Counted from the stretch's first letter, positions 9,349-19,177 are shown. The stretch: DNA of 64,000 bases from Clostridiales bacterium UBA7568 (GCA_002479075.1 DLLG01000011.1:6331-70330), one strand, 5' to 3'. Numbers and translations: made by a program. The notes: generated by a model not told the origin, from the sequence alone.

Positions 9349-10449
9349 TTACACCTCAAAATAAATTCTTTCTTCGGTTTCTTTATCGAAAATGAATACC
9401 TTGTGACGCTTGAGCGAATAGCTGACCGTTCCCGATTCGGTGTTTACCTTGTTGTCCGCATTGATTATCGAGCGGATAACGGGCGAAAGCGACGCTTCGC
9501 TTGTCGATACGACGCTTACGTCCCTGCCCATAACTTCAACGCTTGAAAGCTTGCAATGCATAGGACCGTAATCATCCAGAATGAAGCCCTCCGGGCGGAT
9601 GCCGACGAAAACCTCGCCATCTCTTGCGCCGGGAACCGAAAGGACGCGCTCCTCGCCGATATAAAGCATTTTGTCTCTGACGTAGCCCTCGAAAACGTTT
9701 ATCGGGGGGGTGCCGAGGAATTTTGCAACGAAGAGGTTCTTCGGATCGTCATAAACCTCCTGCGGAGCGCCTATCTGCTGAACGATACCAGTCTTCATAA
9801 CGACGATCATATCCGAAATGCTCATTGCCTCTTCCTGATCGTGTGTGACGAAGACAGTCGTTATCTTTGTTTCTCTCTGAATTCTTCTGATTTCCTCTCT
9901 CGTCTGGAGACGGAGACGCGCGTCAAGGTTTGAAAGGGGCTCGTCAAGAAGGAGCACTCTCGGCATTTTGACAAGAGCGCGCGCGATCGCAACTCTCTGC
10001 TGCTGACCGCCGGAAAGCTCGCTGGGCTTGCGATCCATAAGCTCGTCTATCTGAACGAGTCTTGCCGCCTCATATGCTCTTTCAAGCATTTCCTCTTTCG
10101 ACAGCTTATCCGCGCCGCGGAGGTTCTGAAGCGGGAAGAGAATGTTCTGCTTAACCGTCATATGCGGATAGAGGGCGTAGTTCTGGAAAACAAGTCCGAC
10201 ACCTCTGTTTTCGGGGGAGAGATCGGTAACGTCGTCATCACCGAAGAAGATCTTACCCGATGTCGGCTTTTGCAGTCCGCAGATCATATAAAGGGTTGTG
10301 CTCTTTCCGCAGCCCGAAGGTCCGAGAAGACCGATGAGCTTGCCATCCGGTATCTCAAACGTGAAATCGTTGACGGCAACGACCTCTTCGTTTGATTTTT
10401 TATTCCGGCTGGGGAATATCTTTGTCAGGTTCTGTAATACGACTTTCAT
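9349..10449 (-). CDS. ABC transporter ATP-binding protein (MalK/UgpC/MsmX type)
   Basis: Walker A GPSGCGKST, signature LSGGQQQRVAIARAL and Walker B LLLDEPLSNLD, plus a C-terminal regulatory domain. Confidence 0.9.
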   Translation of the reverse strand: MKVVLQNLTKIFPSRNKKSNEEVVAVNDFTFEIPDGKLIGLLGPSGCGKSTTLYMICGLQKPTSGKIFFGDDDVTDLSPENRGVGLVFQNYALYPHMTVKQNILFPLQNLRGADKLSKEEMLERAYEAARLVQIDELMDRKPSELSGGQQQRVAIARALVKMPRVLLLDEPLSNLDARLRLQTREEIRRIQRETKITTVFVTHDQEEAMSISDMIVVMKTGIVQQIGAPQEVYDDPKNLFVAKFLGTPPINVFEGYVRDKMLYIGEERVLSVPGARDGEVFVGIRPEGFILDDYGPMHCKLSSVEVMGRDVSVVSTSEASLSPVIRSIINADNKVNTESGTVSYSLKRHKVFIFDKETEERIYFEV

Positions 10450-10509
10450 TTTATATCCTTTCTCAAGTTATTTTTTTCGCTTTTTAAAGAAAAAATGCCT
10501 CCGTAGCTT

Positions 10510-11298
10510 TTAATATGGGCTGCGGGAGGCTCTCTCCGCAGATACTCTTTTCTTATACTCGATCATTTCCTCTTCGCTTGCGAAGATCATCTGGCTCGCC
10601 ATATCGACGACGACTGTCCCTGCGAGAATGTCGTGAATAAAGGGTCTCGTCTTTTTGGCAAAGAAAAGAATTATCTGCAACAACAGCTCGGCTCCGAGCA
10701 CGATAAGCCCGATGCTTCCGATGCTGTTGAAAAGTATCATCAATATTATATATACGGGGATCATTGTTTCAAGGGTATACTTTCCGAGAAAGGTGCGGAC
10801 GAAAAGCATAATATTGTTCATTCTGACGCCGTCTTCTCTGATAACGCCGAGACCGAACACCTTTTTGCCGACAGTCTGCCCGTTTTTAAGAAAGAGCGGA
10901 ACGGCAAATTCCATAGCGGCATAAGCGAGGAGGATCGAGACGGATGTTATCAGAAGCGCAAGATTTATGACTTTGTTATATTCGGACATAGCTTCCTTAT
11001 CCGCTATGAGAGCGTCATAAGCCTTTTTATACTGCTCCTGCTCTTCTTCCGTCATAGCGGTCGCTTCTTTTTCTGACATACGGAATTTTACGCCGTATTC
11101 CTGCTCATATTCCGCATAATACTGCTCAAGACGGTCGCTATAGCTGTCATAAGAGGTTATCTCCGAGAGAGCAACGGCAAAGCCCGTTGCGACGATGCAG
11201 ATAAGTATTGCGTCAAGAATGAAAGCCGATATTCTTTTCAGCACGCTTGCTTTTTGAAGATCAAAAATCATACCGATCTGCCTTTCCGACGGAAACAC
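10510..11298 (-). CDS. RDD-family membrane protein
   Basis: 262-aa ORF with a GTG start at 11298. An alternative ATG at 11271 gives MIFDLQKASVLKRISAFILDAILICIV. The RDD-like layout shows GQTVGKKVFGLGVIREDG. Confidence 0.6.
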   Translation of the reverse strand: MFPSERQIGMIFDLQKASVLKRISAFILDAILICIVATGFAVALSEITSYDSYSDRLEQYYAEYEQEYGVKFRMSEKEATAMTEEEQEQYKKAYDALIADKEAMSEYNKVINLALLITSVSILLAYAAMEFAVPLFLKNGQTVGKKVFGLGVIREDGVRMNNIMLFVRTFLGKYTLETMIPVYIILMILFNSIGSIGLIVLGAELLLQIILFFAKKTRPFIHDILAGTVVVDMASQMIFASEEEMIEYKKRVSAERASRSPY

Positions 11299-11520
11299 CC
11301 TCTGAGTTTATTGAATATTAACAACACGAATGTATAAATTCACACAAAATTTTGAAACATTTTACATTATTCAGCATATCACATTTTTTTCTTTTCGTCA
11401 ACCGATTTGCCGAATAAATAAAATATTTTTTAGATAGTGTGTATCGGGGTGTGCTTTTTTATGTTGTTTCCCCGCCCGCGAAAAAATTTTTTCTGCGGTT
11501 TTTCTCCTTTCAAAAACCTG

Positions 11521-11548
11521 TTGACTTTCTCTGCGGCGGTGGTATAAT
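11521..11548 (+). promoter_or_regulatory. Sigma-A-type promoter for the HD/GNAT pair
   Basis: TTGACT (11521-11526), 16-nt spacer, TATAAT (11543-11548) with a TGg extended -10. It lies 37 nt upstream of the ATG at 11585. Confidence 0.6.
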
Positions 11549-11584
11549 GGGCTTAAAAAACGTCCCGAAAAGGAGGAAAAAGCA

Positions 11585-12181
11585 ATGAGAAAAAGCAATA
11601 TTTCGCGCGAGGAAGCACTTGCGCTTCTCGAAAAATACAACAAGGATCCGTTTCACATCCGGCACGCGCTGACGGTCGAAGGAGTTATGCGATACTTTGC
11701 AAGGTCGCTCGGCTATGGCGACGAGGAGGATTACTGGGGCATTACCGGTCTGCTTCACGATATAGATTTCGAGCTTTATCCGGAGCAGCACTGCAAAAAA
11801 GCCCCCGAGCTGCTCAGAGAGGGCGGCGTCGGGGACGATATGATATATTCCGTATGCTCACACGGCTACGGCATCTGCTGCGACGTTGAGCCAAAGCACG
11901 AAATGGAGAAGGTGCTCTTTGCGGCGGACGAGCTTACGGGGCTGATATGGTCGGCGGCGCTTATGCGTCCGTCAAAGAGCGTTTCGGATATGGAGGTTTC
12001 AAGCCTGAAAAAGAAATTCAAGGATAAGAAATTCGCCGCAGGCTGCTCGCGTGACGTTATCCGGACAGGCGCAGAGCGGCTCGGCTGGGAGCTTGACAAG
12101 CTCTTTGAAGAAACGATCGCCGCGATGCGGACCTGCGAAAAGTCCGTCGCGGATTTTATGCAGAATTATAATCTGCAATGA
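11585..12181 (+). CDS. HD-domain metal-dependent phosphohydrolase
   Basis: 198 aa with the HD signature in GLLHDIDFELYPEQH. It belongs to the small stand-alone HDIG-like family. Confidence 0.75.
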   Translation: MRKSNISREEALALLEKYNKDPFHIRHALTVEGVMRYFARSLGYGDEEDYWGITGLLHDIDFELYPEQHCKKAPELLREGGVGDDMIYSVCSHGYGICCDVEPKHEMEKVLFAADELTGLIWSAALMRPSKSVSDMEVSSLKKKFKDKKFAAGCSRDVIRTGAERLGWELDKLFEETIAAMRTCEKSVADFMQNYNLQ

Positions 12182-12663
12182 GCACGGTTTTCAGAAAAGC
12201 AACGGACGGCGATCTGCCCGCAGTACTTGCGCTTTATCGCTCCGTTCTCGGCACGGAGGGCTGCACCTGGGACGAGGATTATCCCTCCGAAAGAGAGGCA
12301 AAGGGAGACCTTTCCTCCGGCGGACTTTATGTTTTCGAGTCCGACGGAAAGCTCATCGGCGCGATTTCCGTCCTTTCGGGAGAAGAGTTTGACGACCTTG
12401 CCGGATGGCGGGGCGAGAGCGGCGGCAGTTGCGAGCTTTCCCGCCTTGCCGTTGCAACGGAGGAGCAGGGGAAAGGGCGGGCGAAAACCGTCGCACGCGA
12501 AGCGCTGAAAGAAGCCAGGAAAAAGGGCTATACCTCCGCAAGGCTCCTTGTTTCAAAGGTAAACCTCGCGGCTGTCGGGCTTTACCGCTCCCTCGGCTTC
12601 GATTTTGTCGGCGAATGTCATAAATACGGCATCGACTTTTTCGCCTGCGAGAAGATTTTATGA
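12178..12663 (+). CDS. GNAT-family N-acetyltransferase
   Basis: 161 aa with acetyl-CoA loop EEQGKGRAKTVAREAL. Its start overlaps the upstream stop as ATGA. Confidence 0.8.
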   Translation: MSTVFRKATDGDLPAVLALYRSVLGTEGCTWDEDYPSEREAKGDLSSGGLYVFESDGKLIGAISVLSGEEFDDLAGWRGESGGSCELSRLAVATEEQGKGRAKTVAREALKEARKKGYTSARLLVSKVNLAAVGLYRSLGFDFVGECHKYGIDFFACEKIL

Positions 12664-12667
12664 AAAA

Positions 12668-12705
12668 ACCGCCCTCCCGCTTGGGCTTGCGGAAGGGCGG
12701 TTTTT
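12668..12705. terminator. Bidirectional terminator between convergent genes
   Basis: Stem accgccct (12668-12675) pairs with agggcggt (12694-12701). A ttttt run follows and an aaaaaa run precedes. Confidence 0.6.
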
Positions 12706-12747
12706 ATATGGATTGCGGAGGGGGATACCGCAAGGAAGGAATACCGC

Positions 12748-13755
12748 TTATTTGCAAAGGCTTTCGAATACGGACGTTATTTTTTCGCATTCCTCACGCG
12801 ACGACATAACTCCGAGGACGTATTTTCCGCAGACCTTGACGGAAACGTATTCTGCGTGAACGCAAATCCATTTGCCGGGATCGAGTCCGGATTCCATTTC
12901 CTTTGCGACCTTCTGCGCGTCCTTTTCGTCCTTGACCTCAACCATTACAAGCGAAAATCCGTAACCGACCATCGGCTCGCAGATCACGCCTTCCTTTTCA
13001 AGCAGATCGACGTTCTCCTCTATTCCGAAGAAGTACGGCGCGCGCTCGGAGGTGACGTCCATCTTTGTCACACCCATTGAAAGCTCCGCTCCTGTGCGGA
13101 CTTTTTTCATAAGACCGACAATTGTCTGCTTTGCATCCGGATCAATGTCTGTTTTCAGATCCTCCGTGCAGAGGATTATAAACGCATAATTGCCCTCGGA
13201 GCCAACCGTTTTCATCGTTGCCGGCTTTTCCGCATCATCTATATTCAGATTCGATTCTTTTTCGAGAAAAGCTTGGAAAGCATCCAGATCCGCGCCGTCT
13301 TTGAGTTCGAAAACGTTTGCGACGAAGGGTGTGCCGCCGGAGAGACAGAAAAGTGAACCCGAGTTTACATATTCGGGAAACTCGGTTCCGTATGTAAAGC
13401 CGTATATATAGGGCGAATAGCCTTTCGGATAGCGTTGAACACTTATATCGGTTTCAAGGCTGTCAAAGCAGGGGTGCTCGTCCAGTCTGCCCATTATTTC
13501 CGTCAGATTCTTGCCGGAATTTTCGCGGAGCAGGGTTTTGAGATATGCCGCCATAGCCTCGGATGCCGTCGGCTTTTCGACGGGCACGTCGGGTTTTGCG
13601 GTTGTCGTGCCGGGGGCTGTGCCGGTTGTCGTTGTACCGGTTGTCGTTGTGCCGGTTGTCGTTGTTGTGCTCGGCTTGTCATTGCCGGACACGCATCCCG
13701 CAATGACAACCGCAATTGTCAAGGTTATCAGCACAAAGGCTATAATTCTTTTCAT
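12748..13755 (-). CDS. Lipoprotein with a Thr/Gly-rich linker, function unknown (possibly DUF4358-like)
   Basis: 335 aa with lipobox LTIAVVIAGC and a TTTTGTTTTGTTTTGT linker encoded by a 15-bp triple repeat. It is the last gene of a sigma/anti-sigma operon. Confidence 0.65.
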   Translation of the reverse strand: MKRIIAFVLITLTIAVVIAGCVSGNDKPSTTTTTGTTTTGTTTTGTAPGTTTAKPDVPVEKPTASEAMAAYLKTLLRENSGKNLTEIMGRLDEHPCFDSLETDISVQRYPKGYSPYIYGFTYGTEFPEYVNSGSLFCLSGGTPFVANVFELKDGADLDAFQAFLEKESNLNIDDAEKPATMKTVGSEGNYAFIILCTEDLKTDIDPDAKQTIVGLMKKVRTGAELSMGVTKMDVTSERAPYFFGIEENVDLLEKEGVICEPMVGYGFSLVMVEVKDEKDAQKVAKEMESGLDPGKWICVHAEYVSVKVCGKYVLGVMSSREECEKITSVFESLCK

Positions 13756-13779
13756 CGTTTTTACCTCTTTTCGGGTGTA

Positions 13780-14667
13780 TCATTTATAAATCAGTTCTTT
13801 TCCCTCGCAATTTTCCGCAAGGTACTCTATAATGTTCCGAACGGCTTTTTTGCTTATCCGGTATGTGCCACTCTGCTCCGGCATTTTTGCGTATACATCG
13901 CCGGAAGTCGAGATGCGGACTGCATAATTCTCTGCCGCAAGGGACGGAATGTCCATTATGATCGTTATGCAAATGTCGCTCGGCTCTTCGGAAAAACGGC
14001 TGATTTTCGCCTTGCTGTTTCCGAAAACTGCGGAATATATCAGACTCTCATCCGCGTTTTCAAACTCAACCGTCCTCTCGTTTCCGTCCGCTCCCTTGAA
14101 GGAATAGCTGACGGTTTTTATCTTTGCCGTTTTCTCAAATGCAATGTTTTCTTTCCATTCGCCGACAGTCTCCGGCAGATACACGGCATTTGTCAGAACG
14201 CTGAAGCTTCTGCCTTGGGCGGTTCTGGCTGCAATTGCATATTCTTTTGAGATGTTTTCTATTTTATAGAATTCGAATTTTACTTCATCCTCGTCCGTTT
14301 GCTTCGGAAGTTTGCCGGAGGCGATCATCTCGGAAACATACTCCTCCGGAATATCGCCGACTCTGTTATAAAATTCGGAGCTGTAAGTAAAGCCCGTATA
14401 AGAACTGACCGTAGCCGTTGTATGGGTGATGTTGTCCGGATTTGCGACATATTTTGCCTCGTACTTTCCCGAAAGGTCCGGCAAGGGGCGGTTTTGCCAG
14501 GCAACCGAGCCCGCGCCTATACCGATCGCAATCAGAAACCCCGCCGCAAACGCAAGGATGCGCCCTATATTCGGTTTTCTCTTTTTGCAATCTTCGGTTG
14601 GCATTGCCTCGTCTATGAAACTGTCGTCTATCCAGCCGATTATCTCATCGATTTTCTCTTTTTTCAT
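13780..14667 (-). CDS. Putative membrane-anchored anti-sigma factor
   Basis: 295 aa with a 4-nt ATGA overlap with the upstream sigma gene. A short cytoplasmic N-terminus is followed by one TM helix (ILAFAAGFLIAIGIGAG) and an extracytoplasmic domain. Confidence 0.55.
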   Translation of the reverse strand: MKKEKIDEIIGWIDDSFIDEAMPTEDCKKRKPNIGRILAFAAGFLIAIGIGAGSVAWQNRPLPDLSGKYEAKYVANPDNITHTTATVSSYTGFTYSSEFYNRVGDIPEEYVSEMIASGKLPKQTDEDEVKFEFYKIENISKEYAIAARTAQGRSFSVLTNAVYLPETVGEWKENIAFEKTAKIKTVSYSFKGADGNERTVEFENADESLIYSAVFGNSKAKISRFSEEPSDICITIIMDIPSLAAENYAVRISTSGDVYAKMPEQSGTYRISKKAVRNIIEYLAENCEGKELIYK

Positions 14668-15215
14668 ACTTCGAAGCCCTCCTTTTCCAAAAACTTTTTA
14701 AGCTCCGCGCGCAGCCTCGAAAGCGTCATATTGACGCTCCCCTCGCTCATTCCGAGCGACTCGGAAATGCTGCGAATATCGCTCATATACCAATACCTGC
14801 GGACAAAAATTATCCGTTTTTTCTTTTCAAGCGAGCCGAGGAAGCGGTTTATCGCATCGCTGATCAGCGACGATTCGATCTCATCGTCACACGTTGCAAA
14901 AACCTCAGAAAGTTCTTCATCCGTCAGTTCCGCTTCCGAAAAGCCTCTCTTTTTCGCAGATCTTTTCCGAAGTCTGTCGATCGACAGCCCGCGGACAAGC
15001 TTTCCGAGAAAGACAGAGAGCCTTTCGGGTCTCGTCGGAGGGATGAGATTCCAGAGACGAAGGTATGCGTCGCTTACGCATTCCTCCGCGTCAAGCTCGT
15101 CGCCGAGAATGTTTTTTGCTATGTACCCGCAGTATCTTCCGTATTTTTCTTTCGTGCGGGCGATTCCTTCTTCGGAACGGGCAAAAAACAATTCGATTAT
15201 TTTTTCGTCCTCCAA
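14664..15215 (-). CDS. ECF-type sigma-70 family RNA polymerase sigma factor
   Basis: 183 aa. Region 2 reads DAEECVSDAYLRLW and the region 4 HTH reads ISESLGMSEGSVNMTLSRLRAELKKFL. Confidence 0.85.
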   Translation of the reverse strand: MEDEKIIELFFARSEEGIARTKEKYGRYCGYIAKNILGDELDAEECVSDAYLRLWNLIPPTRPERLSVFLGKLVRGLSIDRLRKRSAKKRGFSEAELTDEELSEVFATCDDEIESSLISDAINRFLGSLEKKKRIIFVRRYWYMSDIRSISESLGMSEGSVNMTLSRLRAELKKFLEKEGFEV

Positions 15216-15434
15216 ATGCGTTCCCTCCTTCCGGTCCGTTTCGTAAAAGCGCCTTACATCAATAATAACCGCAAAAGCGTCCGGAAGTTAACACATTTTT
15301 TAAAAAATTTTTCAAAAAAGCATTTTTTGTGCCGCGCGGCGGGGCTTTTGAGGAAAAATATTTCTTTTCCTTCCCTAAAACCTCGGGCATCCTTTGCAAA
15401 TATATAAATAAATTTGTTTTTTTCGGAAAAACTC

Positions 15435-15463
15435 TTTACAAGCGGAAATCTTTATGCTATAAT
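15435..15463 (+). promoter_or_regulatory. rpsO promoter
   Basis: TTTACA (15435-15440), 17-nt spacer, TATAAT (15458-15463). A ~115-nt leader follows before the rpsO ATG. Confidence 0.6.
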
Positions 15464-15578
15464 CGTATTTGCGAAAATTCGGCAGCGCAGCCTGCGGACA
15501 TAAGGTTTTTTAAAAACGCTTCACCCGCCGCCCGCTTCGATGCCCGAACGCAAAAATATTTTTATGAGGTGAAACACA

Positions 15579-15842
15579 ATGCTTAAGGAACAGAAACAGC
15601 AGATTATCACAGAAAACGCTATTCACGAAGGCGACACAGGCTCGCCCGAGGTTCAGATTGCCATTCTCACGGCAAGAATCAACCATCTCAACGAGCATCT
15701 CAAGCTCAACAACAACGACCACCACAGCCGCAGAGGTCTTCTCAAAATGGTTGGTCAGAGAAGAAGCCTTCTCTCTTATCTCCAGAAGAAGGACATCAAT
15801 CGTTACCGTGCTATAATCGATAAGCTCGGCATAAGAAAATAA
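15579..15842 (+). CDS. rpsO: 30S ribosomal protein S15
   Basis: 87 aa with [25 protein letters not shown]...[15 protein letters not shown], a classic S15 sequence. Confidence 0.97.
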   Translation: MLKEQKQQIITENAIHEGDTGSPEVQIAILTARINHLNEHLKLNNNDHHSRRGLLKMVGQRRSLLSYLQKKDINRYRAIIDKLGIRK

Positions 15843-15851
15843 GTTTTTCCG

Positions 15852-15879
15852 AAAGGGACGGATATTCTCCGTCCCTTTC
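15852..15879 (+). promoter_or_regulatory. rpsO-pnp intergenic hairpin (attenuator or processing-site candidate)
   Basis: aaagggacgg / ccgtcccttt form a 10-bp stem directly after the rpsO stop. There is no T-run on the + strand, so it is not a clean terminator. Confidence 0.4.
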
Positions 15880-16022
15880 AAAAATTACAGCGTCTTTTAT
15901 GCGGCGGAAGCGGATTTTGTATAGCAGTTAATAAAGTCCCCGAAAAAACGTCGGAGATTTCGTTAAATGCTAAACAAAAGCCCCCGCCGCAGAAGAAATA
16001 AAATAAATTCAGGAGGCAAAAA

Positions 16023-18119
16023 ATGTTTGAAAATTACAAAGTATTCAATTATGAATACGCAGGCAGACCTCTCAAAGTTGAGGTCGGCAAGGTTGCAGGG
16101 CTCGCAAACGGCTCCTGTATGATAAGCTACGGAGAGACGGTCATCCTCGCTTGTGCGACGGCATCGCCGAAGCCCAGAGACGGCATCGATTTTCTTCCCC
16201 TTTCCGTTGACTACGACGAAAAACTCTATGCTGTCGGCAGAATTCCCGGCAGCTTTACAAGACGTGAAGGCAGACCCGGCGAAAAGGCAATCCTTACAAG
16301 CCGCGTTATCGACAGACCTATCCGTCCCCTCTTCCCGAAGGATCTTCGTAACGACGTAGCTCTTACTCTTACGGTTATGAGCGTCGATCCCGATTGCTCA
16401 CCCGAAATAACGGCTATGATCGGTGCGTCCATAGCCCTTTCCATTTCGGACATCCCGTGGAACGGACCTATCGGCGGCGCGTTCGTCGGTATGATCGGCG
16501 ACAGATTCATCATCAACCCGACAGCCGAGGAGAGAAAAGAAAGCGTTCTCGAACTGACAGTCGCGGCTTCCGAAAAGAAAGTCGTTATGATTGAAGCGGG
16601 CGCAAAGGAAGTATCGGACGACGATATGTACAATGCGATTATGCTTGCTCACGAAGAGATAAAGAAGCTCCTCGTATTCATCAATGAAATCATTGCCGCA
16701 GTCGGCAAGCCGAAGTTTGATTATCCTTCCTGCGAGCTTGATCACGATATGTTCGATAAGATTTTCGACTATTGTGAAAAAGCCGTTATGGAAGCTCTTG
16801 ACACGGATGACAAGACCGTTCGTGACGCAAAAATGCAGCCCATTCAGGACGACATCCTCGAAAAGTTCTCCGAAGAATATCCGGATCTTCCCGTTGTTCT
16901 TCCCGAGCTTATATATAAAATTCAGAAGAAGATTGTCCGTCGTTGGCTCCTTGTTGACAAAAAGCGTGTTGACGGAAGAAGAATGGATCAGATCCGCCCG
17001 CTCGCAAGCGAGGTCGGCGTTCTTCCCAGAACACACGGCTCGGGTCTCTTTACAAGAGGTCAGACACAGGTTCTTTCCGTTGTGACTCTCGGACCGATGA
17101 GCGACGCGCAGATGCTTGACGGTCTTGACGACGAAAAAGAAAAACGCTATATGCATCATTACAATATGCCCGGCTATTCGACAGGCGAGGCTAAATCCCT
17201 CCGCACACCCGGACGCAGAGAAATCGGTCACGGCGCGCTCGCGGAGAGATCGCTCATTCCCGTACTTCCCTCAAAGGAAGAATTCCCTTATGCTATCCGC
17301 GTCGTAAGCGAAGTTGTTTCTTCAAACGGCTCAACATCTCAGGGCTCCGTATGCGGTTCGACTCTTGCTCTTATGGACGCAGGCGTTCCGATAAAGGCTC
17401 CCGTTGCAGGTATCTCCTGCGGACTTATCACAGCCGAGGACGGCTCCTGGGACACAATGATAGACATTCAGGGTCTTGAAGACTTCTACGGCGATATGGA
17501 CTTCAAGGTCGCCGGAACACACAAGGGTATCACCTCCATTCAGATGGACCTCAAGATCGACGGTCTTACTCCCGAAATCATAAAGAACGCCCTCGAAACA
17601 ACTCATAAGGGCAGAGATTACATTATCGACGAAGTAATTCTCAAGGCAATTCCGGAACCCAGAGCAGACGTCGGCAAGTACGCTCCGAAGATGATCTCTA
17701 TGAAGATCAATCCCGATAAGATCAGAGAAGTTATCGGTAAAGGCGGCGAGGTCATCCAGAAGATCACGGCAGAAACAAACACGAAGATCGATATCGAAGA
17801 AGACGGTTCAATCTTCATTCTCGCCGTAAATAAAGAGGATGCTTACGTTGCGAAGGGCATAATCGACGCTATCGTATTCGAGCCCGTTGAAGGCTGCTGC
17901 TACACCGGCACGGTCACAAGAATCATTCCGATTGGCGCATTTGTTGAAATCGCTCCCGGAAAAGAAGGCCTTGTTCATATCTCCAAGCTCGATACAAAGA
18001 GAGTTGAAAATGTTGAAGATGTTGTTTCCGTCGGCGATAAGGTAACGGTCAAGTTCCTTGGCACGGACGAAAAAGGCAGAATCAACCTTTCCAGAAAAGA
18101 CGCTCTTAAAGAGGAATAA
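16023..18119 (+). CDS. pnp: Polyribonucleotide nucleotidyltransferase (PNPase)
   Basis: 698 aa with two RNase PH domains, a KH domain (IREVIGKGGEVIQKI) and an S1 domain (GTVTRIIPIGAFVEIAPGKEGLVHIS). Confidence 0.97.
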   Translation: MFENYKVFNYEYAGRPLKVEVGKVAGLANGSCMISYGETVILACATASPKPRDGIDFLPLSVDYDEKLYAVGRIPGSFTRREGRPGEKAILTSRVIDRPIRPLFPKDLRNDVALTLTVMSVDPDCSPEITAMIGASIALSISDIPWNGPIGGAFVGMIGDRFIINPTAEERKESVLELTVAASEKKVVMIEAGAKEVSDDDMYNAIMLAHEEIKKLLVFINEIIAAVGKPKFDYPSCELDHDMFDKIFDYCEKAVMEALDTDDKTVRDAKMQPIQDDILEKFSEEYPDLPVVLPELIYKIQKKIVRRWLLVDKKRVDGRRMDQIRPLASEVGVLPRTHGSGLFTRGQTQVLSVVTLGPMSDAQMLDGLDDEKEKRYMHHYNMPGYSTGEAKSLRTPGRREIGHGALAERSLIPVLPSKEEFPYAIRVVSEVVSSNGSTSQGSVCGSTLALMDAGVPIKAPVAGISCGLITAEDGSWDTMIDIQGLEDFYGDMDFKVAGTHKGITSIQMDLKIDGLTPEIIKNALETTHKGRDYIIDEVILKAIPEPRADVGKYAPKMISMKINPDKIREVIGKGGEVIQKITAETNTKIDIEEDGSIFILAVNKEDAYVAKGIIDAIVFEPVEGCCYTGTVTRIIPIGAFVEIAPGKEGLVHISKLDTKRVENVEDVVSVGDKVTVKFLGTDEKGRINLSRKDALKEE

Positions 18120-18131
18120 AAGCATTAAAAA

Positions 18132-18162
18132 AGCCACCCTGCGAGGGTGGCTTTTATTTTTT
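18132..18162 (+). terminator. pnp rho-independent terminator (copy A)
   Basis: agccaccct-gcg-agggtggct stem-loop followed by ttttatttttt. Confidence 0.8.
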
Positions 18163-18369
18163 CGGCGGATATGGTTTCCGTTCGTCTGTAAGCGAGAGTA
18201 TATAATCCGTTGACGTTTCAAAAAGCTTTGCGAGCTTTATAAGCACTTCAACAGGAAGCCCCCGCTGACCGTTTTCATATTGCGAATAAGTATTCTGTTT
18301 TATATAAAGACGCTTTGCAACATCCGCCTGCGTCATATCCAAATCTTCTCTGAGATCCTTCAGTCTCAT
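18154..18369 (-). CDS. XRE-family helix-turn-helix transcriptional regulator
   Basis: 71 aa reading MRLKDLREDLDMTQADVAKRLYIKQNTYSQYENGQR. Its stop codon lies inside the T-run of the pnp terminator. Confidence 0.8.
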   Translation of the reverse strand: MRLKDLREDLDMTQADVAKRLYIKQNTYSQYENGQRGLPVEVLIKLAKLFETSTDYILSLTDERKPYPPKK

Positions 18370-18425
18370 CTTACCTCCGTCACCTTAACAAGGTTCTCCG
18401 CAACAGTATATACAAGTATTAAAAA

Positions 18426-18444
18426 ATATCTCACTGCGAGATAT
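18426..18444. promoter_or_regulatory. Palindromic operator candidate (ATATCTC-n5-GAGATAT)
   Basis: Perfect 7-bp inverted repeat abutting the -35 of the SHOCT-gene promoter, in the divergent XRE/SHOCT intergenic region. Confidence 0.4.
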
Positions 18445-18472
18445 TGACTTTTATCTCATATTGTGATAAAAT
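18444..18472 (+). promoter_or_regulatory. Promoter of the SHOCT membrane-protein gene
   Basis: TTGACT (18444-18449), 17-nt spacer, TAAAAT (18467-18472) with a TGa extended -10. Confidence 0.5.
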
Positions 18473-18557
18473 TTTCTCGACAACGGTAACAAATTTGGCA
18501 TTTTCAGCGTATGTGAGGGCGAGAATGAAATATTTGTAAAAACAGGAGGAAACAACA

Positions 18558-19112
18558 ATGAAGAAAAAACTAACGCTCGCTATGATGGTAATCACGATAA
18601 TTGAAGCCGTGTGTATGTTTATACCGGGAGTAGTTGAGATTGGTAGCAATGATATGAACGCCTTTGCCGATTTCAGGGGAGGAAATGCCGGCATCGCAAA
18701 CACGTTTAGTAAAATAACACTTTTGTTATTGGTAGCATCGTTTGTATGTCTCTTTTCAGCCCTTTTGGAAAAGCGCAACATCCTCTCAAGGCTATCCGCT
18801 TGGCTCCCTTTAGCAAGTTTTGTATCACTTTTGGCGTTTATTGGCGGTTGTGGTCAAATCGACTACACAGACTACAAATTCGATTGTTATCAAATAGGCG
18901 GGCTTGGCAGTATATTGGTTATTCTTTCCGTGGTTTCGGCGGTTTTATCACTTGTAGTCAAATATGCAAAGTTCAACGACGCTCCGGCAAAAAAGATTCC
19001 GGTCGATCAGACAAGCAAGGCTGACGAAATCAAAAAATATAAAGACCTTCTTGACAGCGGCATAATCACGCAGGAAGAGTTTGAAGCAAAAAAATCCGAG
19101 TTGCTCAAGTAA
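18558..19112 (+). CDS. Membrane protein with a C-terminal SHOCT domain
   Basis: 184 aa with four TM helices. The C-terminus is ADEIKKYKDLLDSGIITQEEFEAKKSELLK, a SHOCT-type short oligomerisation motif. Confidence 0.7.
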   Translation: MKKKLTLAMMVITIIEAVCMFIPGVVEIGSNDMNAFADFRGGNAGIANTFSKITLLLLVASFVCLFSALLEKRNILSRLSAWLPLASFVSLLAFIGGCGQIDYTDYKFDCYQIGGLGSILVILSVVSAVLSLVVKYAKFNDAPAKKIPVDQTSKADEIKKYKDLLDSGIITQEEFEAKKSELLK

Positions 19113-19177
19113 CGGCATCGTCCAAAGATATCGTACACCATTGTCATAAGGCTCTCACATTTTGCTCACCGCTCCGA

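Noticed and set aside
8297-9364. 355-aa plus-strand ORF opposite the ABC permease
   Set aside because: It is antisense to a permease with clear EAA-loop and TM features, and its Arg/Cys/Asp-rich composition has no domain signature. The same reasoning applies to other long shadow ORFs: 13435..14250, 14299..15246, 16398..17231, 20746..21405, 21272..21973, 22637..23266, 23327..23857, 52990..53658, 55715..56275 and 62347..62937.
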